Numbered from the stretch's first letter, positions 29,581 through 39,993 are shown. The stretch is 64,000 nt of DNA from Candidatus Parcubacteria bacterium (GCA_026004535.1 BPJI01000001.1:431424-495423), one strand, 5' to 3'. Notes: a model not told the origin generated them from the sequence alone. Program-made: numbers and translations.

Positions 29581-30262
29581 TTCCTAAATAACGCCAATGC
29601 CAGGGTTCAAAGATATAATATTTATTATTTTTAGGAAAACTTTGATAAAAACCAAATTTATTAGCATTTTTAACTAACCATAGGTATTCATCTGTTTTGA
29701 GAAAAATTTTTGATTCTTTTTCATTTAAAGGGATGCCGTTTTGGGTAATAATATCTATTGCGGTCTTAAAATAATCATTATGTTCACTAAATCCAGGCAA
29801 AGCTATTTTTTTAAGAGTTTTCTCTAAATTGAATTTATTATTAATTAATTCTTGAATTAAAATTAAAAGTTGATAGCCTATTGATCTATATCCCGATTCT
29901 AAAACTATCGTTTTTTTAATCTCTTTTTGCATAGTTTTTCTCATTGAATTAAAAGCCTTATAAACATGGAACGGCAAGTATTGAGAATAAAGTTTTATTT
30001 TTTTTCCATCTCGATAATAAATTTCATTTTTTAAAACAACGAATTTAAAATTTTTCCTTACGTCTCCAAAATAAGTTAGTTTATTTTTTGGTTTTAATTT
30101 TAAAAATTTTCTTAAAATTTCTTTTTCTTTTTTATTAAAATAATATAAAATCTTTTTAATAGGTAAAATAACCAGAAAATTTTTTTTAGAACTTGTTTGC
30201 AGAAATTTAAATTTCTTATCAATATTAAGCAAAACGATTTTGATTTCTTTATTAATTTGCAT
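29567..30262 (-). CDS. D-Ala-D-Ala carboxypeptidase, VanY/M15B family
   Basis: SGYRS, PGFSEH..AIDI, EPWHWRY. Confidence 0.85.
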   Translation of the reverse strand: MQINKEIKIVLLNIDKKFKFLQTSSKKNFLVILPIKKILYYFNKKEKEILRKFLKLKPKNKLTYFGDVRKNFKFVVLKNEIYYRDGKKIKLYSQYLPFHVYKAFNSMRKTMQKEIKKTIVLESGYRSIGYQLLILIQELINNKFNLEKTLKKIALPGFSEHNDYFKTAIDIITQNGIPLNEKESKIFLKTDEYLWLVKNANKFGFYQSFPKNNKYYIFEPWHWRYLGNGNN

Positions 30263-31280
30263 TTAAAAACTCATAAACAGCCCTTTTTACTGCTTCTTTA
30301 TTCATTCCATATTTTTGAATTAATTCATCAGGGTTGCCTGATTCAGCAAAAGTATTTTGAAGTCCTAAAAATTTTATTGGTGGAATAGAAAAAAATCCAT
30401 ATTGTCTTTGAAAATCAATATTCATTAAAGCTTCACCAATAGCACTTCCCATTCCACCTTGAACTTGATGATCTTCTAAAGTAATGATTCCTTTAACTTT
30501 TTTAGTAATTTCAAAAATTTTTTCAACATCAAGTGGTTTGATTGTATGAACATTTAAAACATAAACATCTATTCCCTCCTCTTCCAAGTCTTTAGCAGCT
30601 AAAAGTGCTTGATAGACTAAATGGCCAGTTGCAAACACTGCAACTAAATTTTTGTCTGCGTTAGTCTGTGGTACCCAGAATTCTTCAATCTTACCGAATC
30701 TAAAAGGAGTCTCTTCTGTTGTTATTATTGGTGTTTTATCTCTTACATATCTGATATAAAACGGACCATAAACTTCTGCTGAATATAATGTTGCTTTTTT
30801 TGCTTCCCAATAGTCACAAGGAGAAATAACCCTTATATTTGGCCAGCATCTGGTAATAGCAATATCTTCAGTTGCTTGATGAGTAGCACCATCAGGACCA
30901 GTGACAATACCTGAATGATGACCAGCAATTTTTACATTGGAATCATTATAAACTATTGTTGTTCTGATTGTTTCCCAATTTTTACCAGGAGAAAAAGCTG
31001 CATAAGAAGAAATAAAAGCAATTTTTCCACTTACACCTAAACCAGCAGCAATTCCAGCCATATTTTGTTCAGCTACGCCACATTCAATAAATCTTTGGGG
31101 AAATTTTTCAGCAAATTTATTAGATCGAGTTGATTCAGTTAAGTCAGCAGTTAAAACAACAACATTAGGATTTTTTTCACCAAGTTCAACTAAAGCATCA
31201 CCATAACCATCTCTGATTGGTTTTTGTTCAACCTCTTGATCAAAAATTTTGGGATTTAATTTTAGTTTGGGATTAAGCAT
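30252..31280 (-). CDS. transketolase, C-terminal subunit
   Basis: GVAEQNM, GPDGATHQ, TIKPLD. Confidence 0.92.
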   Translation of the reverse strand: MLNPKLKLNPKIFDQEVEQKPIRDGYGDALVELGEKNPNVVVLTADLTESTRSNKFAEKFPQRFIECGVAEQNMAGIAAGLGVSGKIAFISSYAAFSPGKNWETIRTTIVYNDSNVKIAGHHSGIVTGPDGATHQATEDIAITRCWPNIRVISPCDYWEAKKATLYSAEVYGPFYIRYVRDKTPIITTEETPFRFGKIEEFWVPQTNADKNLVAVFATGHLVYQALLAAKDLEEEGIDVYVLNVHTIKPLDVEKIFEITKKVKGIITLEDHQVQGGMGSAIGEALMNIDFQRQYGFFSIPPIKFLGLQNTFAESGNPDELIQKYGMNKEAVKRAVYEFLNAN

Positions 31281-32143
31281 TACTGATGCTCACTAATTAT
31301 TTTTCCTCCTAATGTTCTTAATTCATCTAAAGCTTTTTTGGCTTCTTCTTTGTTTGGTGGCTTACCGTGCCATTCAAATTTCTTTTCCATAAAACTTACT
31401 CCTTTTCCTGGAATTGTATAAGCAATAATAACTGAAGTTCTTCTCCATTCTGATTTAGTTTCTCTAATTGCATCAACAAAAGAACGAATATTATGACCAT
31501 CAACTTCTAAAACATGGAGTCCAAAAGATTCTAGTTTTTGTTTTAATGGTTCAAGGGGCATAACATCTTCAGTTACTCCATCAATTTGAATGTAGTTTCG
31601 ATCAATTATTATTGTTAAATTAGGTAAAGGATTTTTGCCAAGCCACATATAGGCTTCCCAGGTATTTCCCTCTTGATGCTCACCATCAGAAGTAAGACAA
31701 TAAACATGATAATCTTTTTTATCTAAAATTCCAGCATAAGCAATACCAATTGCTTGAGAAATTCCTTCGCCTAATGGACCTGAACTGGTTTCTACTCCTG
31801 GAAGTGTTGTTCGATGAGGATGACCTTGAAGACGAGAATCTATTTTTCTTAAAGTTTTTAATTCTTCAATCGGAAAATAACCAGCAAGTGCCATTGCTGC
31901 ATAGCGAACAGGACAAATATGACCATTAGATAAAATTAATCTATCTCTATCAGGCCAATCAGGATTTTGAGGATCATGACGCAAAATATGAAAATAAAAA
32001 GCTGAAAAAATATCAGCCATTCCTAATGGTCCAGCAGAATGACCAGAACCAGCCTCTAAAAGCATTTCAATTATCAATTGTCTTATTTCATTTGCTTTCT
32101 CTTCTAAAAATTTCACCTTTTCATCATGAAGTTCCTCGATCAT
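31280..32143 (-). CDS. transketolase, N-terminal subunit
   Basis: GSGH, DRDRLILSNGH, SDGEHQEG, GKGVSFME..WHG. Confidence 0.93.
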   Translation of the reverse strand: MIEELHDEKVKFLEEKANEIRQLIIEMLLEAGSGHSAGPLGMADIFSAFYFHILRHDPQNPDWPDRDRLILSNGHICPVRYAAMALAGYFPIEELKTLRKIDSRLQGHPHRTTLPGVETSSGPLGEGISQAIGIAYAGILDKKDYHVYCLTSDGEHQEGNTWEAYMWLGKNPLPNLTIIIDRNYIQIDGVTEDVMPLEPLKQKLESFGLHVLEVDGHNIRSFVDAIRETKSEWRRTSVIIAYTIPGKGVSFMEKKFEWHGKPPNKEEAKKALDELRTLGGKIISEHQ

Positions 32144-32164
32144 TGTTTAAATTATAAGATTATT

Positions 32165-33142
32165 TTAAAAAGTTTCAAAATAAGAAAATCTATTTTTTGC
32201 TTTTCGCCAAATAATTTCTATTTTTTCAACCTTAGCTAATATTGGTCCTCGTTTTATTTTTTCTAAAAATTCTTGTAAATTCTTTTCTTTACCTTGAGCT
32301 AAAACCTCAATACTGCCATCTGTTAAATTTTTAGCATAACCAAAAATTCCTAAATTTTGTGCCCAATTACGGCAAAATAATCTAAAACCAACTCTCTGTA
32401 CTCTGCCATAAACTTTGACGTAAAATTCTAAATAATCTTTCTCTATATCTTCAAAACTTAATGCTTCTTCCAAGGTAAATTCATTTATTTTAGTTCTAAC
32501 TAAAGATTTTAAATAAGCACCACAACCTAATTTTTGACCAATATCATGAGCTAAACTTCTAATATAAGTTCCTGATGAAACTTCAACTTCAATTTTAAGG
32601 ATCTTTTCTTTTAAATCTAAAATTTTAATATTATAAATTTTTACTTTTCTTGGTTTTAAATCAACCTTTAAGCCTTTCCTTGCTAATTTATATGCTCTTT
32701 TGCCTTTTATTTTTATAGCTGAATAAGGTGGAGGAATTTGTTCTATCTCGCCAATAAAACCTGCTAATATTTTTTCTATCTCTGATATATTTAGGTTCGT
32801 ATCAGTTCGCGTTAAGCCATGAACCAGAGCAGAGCTCGGTTCATGGTCCTGAACCCTTCGTGGTTCAGGATTCGCATCGGTTCGCACTATGTTTCCGGTT
32901 ATATCATAAGTATCAGAGATAGCACCTAATTCAATTTCAGCAATATAAGTTTTTCTACTTTCTTTTAAAAATTTTGTTAGTTCTTTTGTATAGTCATCAA
33001 TTCCCAAAATTAAAAGTCCTTCAGCAAAAGGATCTAATGTTCCTCCATGCCCAACTTTTTTCTTAGTTAATTTTTTAAAATAATTAACAATCTGAACAGA
33101 AGTATAATTTTGGGGTTTATTAAACAGAACTAATCCTTCCAT
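32165..33142 (-). CDS. truB: tRNA pseudouridine-55 synthase fused to C-terminal acylphosphatase
   Basis: GHGGTLDPFAEG, QIPPPYSA, SGTYIRSL; then GRVQRVGFR..GYAKNLTDGSIE. Confidence 0.9.
   Translation of the reverse strand: MEGLVLFNKPQNYTSVQIVNYFKKLTKKKVGHGGTLDPFAEGLLILGIDDYTKELTKFLKESRKTYIAEIELGAISDTYDITGNIVRTDANPEPRRVQDHEPSSALVHGLTRTDTNLNISEIEKILAGFIGEIEQIPPPYSAIKIKGKRAYKLARKGLKVDLKPRKVKIYNIKILDLKEKILKIEVEVSSGTYIRSLAHDIGQKLGCGAYLKSLVRTKINEFTLEEALSFEDIEKDYLEFYVKVYGRVQRVGFRLFCRNWAQNLGIFGYAKNLTDGSIEVLAQGKEKNLQEFLEKIKRGPILAKVEKIEIIWRKAKNRFSYFETF
32794..32886 (-). repeat. in-frame insertion in truB: GCGAAC repeats enclosing two hairpins
   Basis: CCATGAACC..GGTTCATGG (32817-32846) and TCCTGAACC..GGTTCAGGA (32847-32870). 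Confidence 0.75.
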
Positions 33143-33214
33143 AGAGATTAATAAACTTAAAAGTTGAACTATTGAATTTAAATTGATCGAGGGGTAAATA
33201 ATCGTTAAAATTTA

Positions 33215-33397
33215 TTAAATAAAAAATTTGTATAAATCCTTAGTATTTTTATAAACATTAAATCTACCATCAAGAATCTCTTTTTTACTTAGTAGAACAT
33301 CTAATTCTAATCTTTTCCTTTTGATATCTCTATATATTTTATTAGATTTAGATATTTCTTTCTTCGATAAACTTTGTTTATAATTTTCTTTAGTCAT
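33215..33397 (-). CDS. small hypothetical protein
   Basis: 60-aa ORF. Confidence 0.35.
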   Translation of the reverse strand: MTKENYKQSLSKKEISKSNKIYRDIKRKRLELDVLLSKKEILDGRFNVYKNTKDLYKFFI

Positions 33398-33438
33398 ATT
33401 AATGTAATGTTATTAGGTTTCTAAATTATTTTTAAATT

Positions 33439-33942
33439 TTAATAAATAAAAAGAAAATAATATAAAAATGGCAGTGATACCCAATAAAGAAAATTAGTTA
33501 TAAATTCTATAAAAACTCTGGATTTTGATTTTTTTACTTCATAACCCATTTTTTGTAAAAATCTCTCTCTTCTGAAAATAAATAATGTGCTTTCACCTGT
33601 TTTTATTTCTAGTAATAAATCGGGAATTCTCGTTAACATCAAAATTATAGCGACTGTAGTGACGCCTATATTAGTAAAATAAAAAATAATGTACAGATAT
33701 CCCAGGATTAAAAACAGTGATACAATACTAAGCACCTTAGCTGATTGCTCATTTTTTTTGATCTCCTGTTCAATTACAGAATGGACTTCTTTTTTTAACT
33801 CCTTAATATTTTTTGTCTGCCCATATAAAAGAGATCTCATAAACAGTCCTATTAAATTAGTACCTATAAATATCAAAACTATCCAAATTATTATTGTAAG
33901 TAATATATTAAAAATAATCATTTTGAAAGTAATAAAATTCAC
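33439..33942 (-). CDS. hypothetical membrane protein
   Basis: About four hydrophobic segments. Confidence 0.6.
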   Translation of the reverse strand: MNFITFKMIIFNILLTIIIWIVLIFIGTNLIGLFMRSLLYGQTKNIKELKKEVHSVIEQEIKKNEQSAKVLSIVSLFLILGYLYIIFYFTNIGVTTVAIILMLTRIPDLLLEIKTGESTLFIFRRERFLQKMGYEVKKSKSRVFIEFITNFLYWVSLPFLYYFLFIY

Positions 33943-34045
33943 TATAATTATATTATATTTTAAAAATTAACTTTAAAATAATTTTCTACCCTTATTTTTA
34001 TAGTCTCTTCGTTAAAATATGTTCTCTTTAATATACACAGCTTGT

Positions 34046-34663
34046 TTATTTAAATCTGCTTAGGTAAGTATCAATTTTCCAAAGAAGAACAACGATCCAA
34101 AAATACGCTAAGAAATTAACGATTTTGGTTATGTTAGTGAAAATAATTATTAAACTTCCGTCTGGGGGTAAAGTAACTTCTTGTATGAATTGAAAAACAA
34201 AAAGAAGAATAGAAGAAAATAAAAGCAACATTGATTCAAATTTAAATTTAAATTTCCAAGTGTATTTTATTGCCAATACAAGAAAAACTATATAGAAAAT
34301 TTGCGATAATAAAATGAACCACAATGGCATAAGTAAAATTCCTTTTAAGTTTTCTACTGACGTAATATTTGATAAAACATAAGTAGCTATCCCTAGAATT
34401 GATAGTGTTTTAGGTCTAATTACGCCATTATTTTTATAAAAATCAAAATTATATAAACGAGCATCCCTTAATATGGAATCATAAAATAATTTTTTTTCTT
34501 TACTAGATAAACTTTGATAAGCCTCTAAGATTTCTTTAAACTTTTCGGGATCACCACCTCTGTCTGGATGATATTTTTTAACTAATTCTCTAAATTTCTT
34601 TTTTATTTCCTCTTCTGATGAGTATTCTGGTATCCCTAGAATTTCATAATAGTTTTTATTCAT
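34046..34663 (-). CDS. J-domain (DnaJ-like) membrane protein
   Basis: NYYEILG..KYHPD..EAYQSLS, followed by TM segments. Confidence 0.85.
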   Translation of the reverse strand: MNKNYYEILGIPEYSSEEEIKKKFRELVKKYHPDRGGDPEKFKEILEAYQSLSSKEKKLFYDSILRDARLYNFDFYKNNGVIRPKTLSILGIATYVLSNITSVENLKGILLMPLWFILLSQIFYIVFLVLAIKYTWKFKFKFESMLLLFSSILLFVFQFIQEVTLPPDGSLIIIFTNITKIVNFLAYFWIVVLLWKIDTYLSRFK

Positions 34664-34720
34664 CTTTAACTATTTTATATATTTATTTATAAAATAATTA
34701 TCTTCATTAAATCTTAAAAT

Positions 34721-37474
34721 TTAATATTTCATTTGCAACCTTATTTTTCTATTAATTTTTGCTTTTTCTAAAATAACATTCTTTGTTTTTTCAAATCGCT
34801 TAAAGTTTTCTTGGTTCAAAAATTCTTCAAGTTCTTTTTCCTCAACAAAAGCACCGATATAAGGAATTGTTGATTTTAATATTTTAATTAAAACAAAATC
34901 ACTTTTACCTGGCCCACCACCTTTTTCTTCTAATTTTTGCCAATTTTCTTTTAACCAATTAAAAGTGAATTTTGCTGCATTTGAATTTAAAGAAACTGAA
35001 TTGAAAAAGAAAATAGTCTGATTAAATCTAACTTGTGAAGAAAGAATAAATTCAAAAATAGAACTTAACTTTTCTAAATTTTGTAAATTACCAAAAGCAA
35101 TTAAACATTTATTTTGTTCTTCAATCAAATTAGTCTGATGATAATAATTCAAAAGTTTTTCTAAATAGTTATCATTAGCAATTAAAGCATTATTAAAGAT
35201 TGCTTGTTTAATATCAGGATGAAGTTTTTCTTTGTCTTTTAAAAATTCTTCAAATTTTTCTTGGCTGAAATCTAAAATCTCTTTATTCTTCAAAATTCCC
35301 AAAGAAAATAGAGTTTTTTGCCTTAAAACTGTTTCATAAGGTTGTTCACCTTCCCTCGGCTCTTTTCCTAAAATATCCAAAACTTTTAAAGAAAATTTTT
35401 CTAATAAAGCGGAAAGGTCAGAAACGGACGCGGAACGAACGGAATAAGCGGAACTGGTTTTTCCGTCTGTTCCATTTTTTCCGTGTCCGTTTCCGTCTGT
35501 TCTGCTTTGATCTGTATCAATTCTGCGCAGTTCCGCGTTTAGTCTGCGTTGGTCTACGTCTATCCTGCGTTGGTCTGCGTTTAGTAAATAATAATAAAAA
35601 TTTAAATAAGAAATAATTTCACTAAAAACAAAGGGTTTAGAATTATTGATAAAATATTTTTCTAAAATTTCTAAAAAGTTTTCAAAATTTTTCTCACCCT
35701 TTCTAACTAACATATCATAATCATGAACTAAATGAACCTGATCAATTTCATTTAATTTTTCTAAATTCTCTAAATTTCTTTTTAGAATTTCTTCATCATA
35801 ATCACTAACAAAAAAACTTGAATAGTTTTTATTAAGAATAAAAGTTGAAAAATTAGATTCAGGAATTGGGGCGATTTCTTCTTTTTCTTTTAATATTTTT
35901 CTTTCTTCTTTATTATCAATTTCAATCACAAAAGGAATTTTCCAATAATCTTCTCTGTCTTCTAAAAATAAGAATCTCCTTTGTCTTAAACAGTATCTGC
36001 CTTGCTCTTTTTTAAAACTTACCAAAGGATAGCCAACTTTTTCAATATAATCTTTCATAATCTCAACCACTGGCACACTCGAAACTTCTTCTAAGCATTG
36101 CCACAAATCTTCTGCTTTAGCATTTTGATAAGTAAATTTTTTAATATACAGCCTCAATCCTTCTCTAAATTTTTCTTCACCTAAATAATTCTCAATCATC
36201 CTTAAAACACTGCCACCTTTTTCATAAGATATCTCATCAAAAATTTCAACTGACTCATTTGGATCTTTAACCTCAACTTTAATCGGGTGAGAAGCAATCA
36301 AACCATCAGCATTCAAAGCACTAAAAACTTCATCCAAAACATATTTTTCTAAAATTCTCCAATTAGGATAAAAATTATTAACAGCTTTATAAGCTAAATA
36401 AGTGGCAAAGCTTTCATTTAACCATAAATCGTCCCACCACTTCATTGTTACTAAATTACCAAACCACATATGAACTAATTCATGAGCAATAACTTCAGCA
36501 ATTCTTTCTTGGGTAGATTTTGGTGTTATGCCTTCGAAAACTAAAAGTAAATTCTCGCGAAAAGTAATTGCTCCCCAATTTTCCATTGCTCCAGCAGCAA
36601 AATCAGGAACAGCGATTAGATCTAATTTTTTTAAGGGATAAGGGGAATCAAAATATTCTTCTAAATAATTTAAAAATTTTTTAGCATTTTCTAAAGCAAA
36701 TCTTACTCCTTCTAATTTTTCCTTTGGCGTAACTGCCACTCGAATAATAACTTCTTTATATTTATCTTCAACAAAATACCAATCACCAATTCCAATATAC
36801 AAAAGATAAGTTGACATCTTGGGAGTTGTTTCAAAAATCACTTTTTTCTTTTCATTAACAATTTCTTCTTTAATTGGCAAAGTATTGGAAATTGCTTTTA
36901 ATTCTTTAGGAAAAATTAAAGTTAAATCAAACGTTGCTTTTTTATCTGGGTCATCAAAACAAGGAAAAGCTTTGCGTGCTTCAATTGGTTCAAATTGAGT
37001 TGTGATTAAACATTTTTCTTGTTCTTTGTCTTTATATTTACTTAAATAAATTCCTCCTAAAACCTCTTTTAATTCTCCTTCAAAATCAATAAAAATAGTA
37101 TTATCTTTTTCAGAAAAATTATTTTTAATCAAAATTCCATCTTTTTGAACTTCAAAATCTACATCTTGGTCATTCACTTTTAGCTGATTAATTTTTAAAT
37201 CAACAGCATCAATTTTTAGAAAATTACCCCGATGATCACCTGATAGATTACCCGGATAATTGTCTGGCATATTACCCGGATAATCACTGGATAAATCCGG
37301 TTCATATTCGGGTAGTATTATCCGGTTAATATCCGGGTGGTTCCATCCGGTTTGAATCCGGGTAGCTGTATCTGGTTTTAATCCGGGTAAACTAATTCTT
37401 ATCTCTTCTCTGCCTCGATAAATATTCTTCTCTAAATCAAAGTCTAATTCAATTTTATAATTTCTAACTTCCAT
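34721..37474 (-). CDS. pepN: M1-family aminopeptidase with two in-frame repeat insertions
   Basis: TQFEP, GAMENWG, HELVH-X18-E, YEKGG, ERAP1-like C-terminus; start placed at MEVRNY. Confidence 0.92.
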   Translation of the reverse strand: MEVRNYKIELDFDLEKNIYRGREEIRISLPGLKPDTATRIQTGWNHPDINRIILPEYEPDLSSDYPGNMPDNYPGNLSGDHRGNFLKIDAVDLKINQLKVNDQDVDFEVQKDGILIKNNFSEKDNTIFIDFEGELKEVLGGIYLSKYKDKEQEKCLITTQFEPIEARKAFPCFDDPDKKATFDLTLIFPKELKAISNTLPIKEEIVNEKKKVIFETTPKMSTYLLYIGIGDWYFVEDKYKEVIIRVAVTPKEKLEGVRFALENAKKFLNYLEEYFDSPYPLKKLDLIAVPDFAAGAMENWGAITFRENLLLVFEGITPKSTQERIAEVIAHELVHMWFGNLVTMKWWDDLWLNESFATYLAYKAVNNFYPNWRILEKYVLDEVFSALNADGLIASHPIKVEVKDPNESVEIFDEISYEKGGSVLRMIENYLGEEKFREGLRLYIKKFTYQNAKAEDLWQCLEEVSSVPVVEIMKDYIEKVGYPLVSFKKEQGRYCLRQRRFLFLEDREDYWKIPFVIEIDNKEERKILKEKEEIAPIPESNFSTFILNKNYSSFFVSDYDEEILKRNLENLEKLNEIDQVHLVHDYDMLVRKGEKNFENFLEILEKYFINNSKPFVFSEIISYLNFYYYLLNADQRRIDVDQRRLNAELRRIDTDQSRTDGNGHGKNGTDGKTSSAYSVRSASVSDLSALLEKFSLKVLDILGKEPREGEQPYETVLRQKTLFSLGILKNKEILDFSQEKFEEFLKDKEKLHPDIKQAIFNNALIANDNYLEKLLNYYHQTNLIEEQNKCLIAFGNLQNLEKLSSIFEFILSSQVRFNQTIFFFNSVSLNSNAAKFTFNWLKENWQKLEEKGGGPGKSDFVLIKILKSTIPYIGAFVEEKELEEFLNQENFKRFEKTKNVILEKAKINRKIRLQMKY
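35408..35584. repeat. composite ACGCAGA + ACGGAA element in frame in pepN
   Basis: Encodes NADQRRIDVDQRRLNAELRR..TDGNGHGKNGTDGKTSSAYSVRSASVSDLSA. Confidence 0.85.
37224..37390. repeat. CCGG-family element in frame in pepN
   Basis: 37272-37338 matches intergenic 23725-23791 at 61/67. Confidence 0.9.
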
Positions 37475-38000
37475 TATTTTTCCTTGATAAATTTTCAACA
37501 ATATTTATTTGACTAAATGGAATAAAAACTTTAGACCCATTTTCTGTTTCTAAAATTAAATAACGAGAGGTAAAATCAATAACCTTACCTTTAAAACTAT
37601 TATTAATTATAATTTCTTCATTCTTTCTAAAAACATCCTCAAAAACAAAAAGCCAACCAGTAAAAACATCACGCAGATTATTTTGAAAAATTAAAACCAA
37701 AACCGCACCTAAAGCACCAGCTCCAGTCAAAATAGCATTAACATTAAGTTTAAATTGTTTCAAAACAAAAATAAAAAAAATAAAAAGCAAAATAAATCTT
37801 AAAATCATCTTCACTGTCTTAATAATAGTAACAACTCTTTCTAAATGAAATAATTTGGCACTTGCCTTGAATGCTAAAGATAAAATTTTGGCTATTAAAA
37901 AATAGATCAAAACCAAAAACAAAGTAAAAATTAAAATTGACTGTATCTCGTCTTTAAACTGACTTAATAAATTAAAAATTAAACTATAATATACCTGCAT
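37464..38000 (-). CDS. MscS-family mechanosensitive channel (short)
   Basis: TM hairpin, GAGALG..FQNNLRDVFTG..FEDVF..GKVIDF..IPFSQI. Confidence 0.8.
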   Translation of the reverse strand: MQVYYSLIFNLLSQFKDEIQSILIFTLFLVLIYFLIAKILSLAFKASAKLFHLERVVTIIKTVKMILRFILLFIFFIFVLKQFKLNVNAILTGAGALGAVLVLIFQNNLRDVFTGWLFVFEDVFRKNEEIIINNSFKGKVIDFTSRYLILETENGSKVFIPFSQINIVENLSRKNNGS

Positions 38001-38011
38001 CTTTTAAATCA

Positions 38012-38794
38012 TTATATTTCTCCTCTTAAAAATTTCCTAACTCCTTCCTCTGGATTTTTATACCTTATGGCAAGAAAAATTTTAAAGGATAGAGTATATA
38101 ATTTTTTATAAATTGGATCTTTCCTTAAATTTTCTGCCTCTTCTATGGTAAAACCTTCACTTATTGCTATATTTGTTATGTTTTCATCTGTTAAGGTATG
38201 TTCTAAGTGATATTTAACTCTTTGTAGGGCTTCAAGAGGATTGGATATGTTATAAATAGCAAAATGAATTTTTCTACTCCGAGTAAATATCTCTCTTACT
38301 TCTTCAAGTGGAATATTGAGTTGTTGAGAGATAAATTCATCTGAGTTTATGAATTTATTTATAAATTCATAGTCTTGATAAACAGCAATTTTTTTAGCGT
38401 TTTCTAATATTTTTGGAGGAAGTGGTAATTTTTTAGATAAAGCAGATGCTATTTCTTCTAAATTAATTATTAACATCTCAGCTAGGAGTCTAAGTTTATC
38501 TTTATTATTAAAAATTGATTCTTCTAAAATATTTTGTCTTTTTAGTTCAGCAGCAATTTTTTCCAAAGCTACTCTGAGAAATTGTTTAAATTCTTGTCTA
38601 TACTCAGGTAAAATCCCAATTAATTGAGAATTTTCAGGATAGTCAATTACTTCATTAATAACATCTTTAATGTTATTAAGAAATTTTTCGGGCAATTCAG
38701 GTTTTCTTCCTCCCTTAAAACTCCTTCTTGCTATTTGTTGAATATTACTTAATAAATCTTCTGCTTCTTTTCTTATATTTTCAATACTTCTCAT
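38012..38794 (-). CDS. hypothetical protein
   Basis: 260-aa ORF with a duplicated K.x.FA/LA..NP.E motif. Confidence 0.65.
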   Translation of the reverse strand: MRSIENIRKEAEDLLSNIQQIARRSFKGGRKPELPEKFLNNIKDVINEVIDYPENSQLIGILPEYRQEFKQFLRVALEKIAAELKRQNILEESIFNNKDKLRLLAEMLIINLEEIASALSKKLPLPPKILENAKKIAVYQDYEFINKFINSDEFISQQLNIPLEEVREIFTRSRKIHFAIYNISNPLEALQRVKYHLEHTLTDENITNIAISEGFTIEEAENLRKDPIYKKLYTLSFKIFLAIRYKNPEEGVRKFLRGEI

Positions 38795-38799
38795 TTTCG

Positions 38800-38870
38800 T
38801 TGCGGGGGCAGGATTTGCACCTGCGTCTCGGGCTTATGAGACCCGCGTGGTCCTACTCCACCACCCCGCG
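38800..38870 (-). tRNA. tRNA-Met(CAT), initiator-like, CCA not encoded
   Basis: CGCGGGG/CCCCGCA acceptor with C1:A72 mismatch; anticodon loop CTCATAA. Confidence 0.88.
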
Positions 38871-38890
38871 ATCTTATTATTTTTATTATA

Positions 38891-39694
38891 TCATTTTTTT
38901 TGACAATTAATGCAATAAAAAGCACTTCTTCCTCCTAAAATTACTCTTTTTATCTTTTCATAACATCGCCGACATTTTTCATCTTCTCTCTGATAAACTA
39001 AAAATTTTTCTTGATATTTTCCTTTTGATTCATCTGGTTTGAAATAGAATCTAAAACTTGTTCCTTCATATTTAATTGCTTTTTTCAAGATTTTTTTAAT
39101 TGCATTTAATAGTTTTTTTATTTTATCGTCAGTTAATTTATTTGCTGGAATTTGAGGATGAATCTTAGCTAAAAATAATGACTCATTAGCATAAATGTTT
39201 CCAATTCCAGCAATTTTTGCTTGATCCATCAGAACTAATTTTATTGGTCTTTTGGTCTTATTTAAAATATTTTTTAAATCATCAAAAGTTAAATTTAAAG
39301 CATCAATACCCAGTTTTTTTATCTCTTTATTTAAATTTTGCTCATCAACGACCTTTACCCAACCAAACCTGCGAACATCATTAAAAACAAGATAACCTCT
39401 ATCTAAAACAAACACAACCCTTATTGAATTACTGATTTCTGAATTTCTTAAGAAATTTAGAAATAAAATTTGCCCGGTCATCTTTAAATGAAACATCAAA
39501 TTATAACCATTACTTAAAACAAAGATCAAAATTTTACCTTTTCTTTCAAGACTTAGAACTTTCGATCCCTCAATCTTTTTCTTTTCACCTTTAAAACTTC
39601 TCTTATCAAAAATTTCAACATTTTTTATTTTTTGTCCTATAATTTCTTTTTCTAAGTATCTCTTAATCGTTTCTACTTCAGGAAGTTCAGGCAT
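38891..39694 (-). CDS. mutM: formamidopyrimidine-DNA glycosylase
   Basis: MPELPEVET, HLKMTG, GIGNIYANE, C-terminal Zn finger. Confidence 0.96.
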   Translation of the reverse strand: MPELPEVETIKRYLEKEIIGQKIKNVEIFDKRSFKGEKKKIEGSKVLSLERKGKILIFVLSNGYNLMFHLKMTGQILFLNFLRNSEISNSIRVVFVLDRGYLVFNDVRRFGWVKVVDEQNLNKEIKKLGIDALNLTFDDLKNILNKTKRPIKLVLMDQAKIAGIGNIYANESLFLAKIHPQIPANKLTDDKIKKLLNAIKKILKKAIKYEGTSFRFYFKPDESKGKYQEKFLVYQREDEKCRRCYEKIKRVILGGRSAFYCINCQKK

Positions 39695-39821
39695 TATTAT
39701 GTAATTTTATATAAGCTTTCATGGTCCTTTGAAATATAAAAATTATTTCATTTTATTCTCTATTCTATTTTAGATTATAATTTAATAATAGTGCAGAGAG
39801 TGCAAACATAATTTTCTACTG

Positions 39822-39975
39822 GCGATAGTAGCAGAAAAATATTTTTACCCAGATTATAACCAGATAATACTACCCGGATATTAACCGGATATAACTACTC
39901 GGATTCAAACCGGATACAAATACCCGGATATAAACCGGTATTCATCCGGGTAATCTATCCGGTATTAATCCGGGC
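39822..39975. repeat. CCGG-family element with CAGC terminal motif
   Basis: GATAGTAGCAGAAAAATATTTTTACCCAGAT, then CCGG arms. Confidence 0.88.
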
Positions 39976-39993
39976 ATATTAATAAAATCTAAT

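Noticed and set aside
33143-33397. Toxin-antitoxin remnant
   Set aside because: Only vague resemblance to an antitoxin and no recognisable toxin ORF
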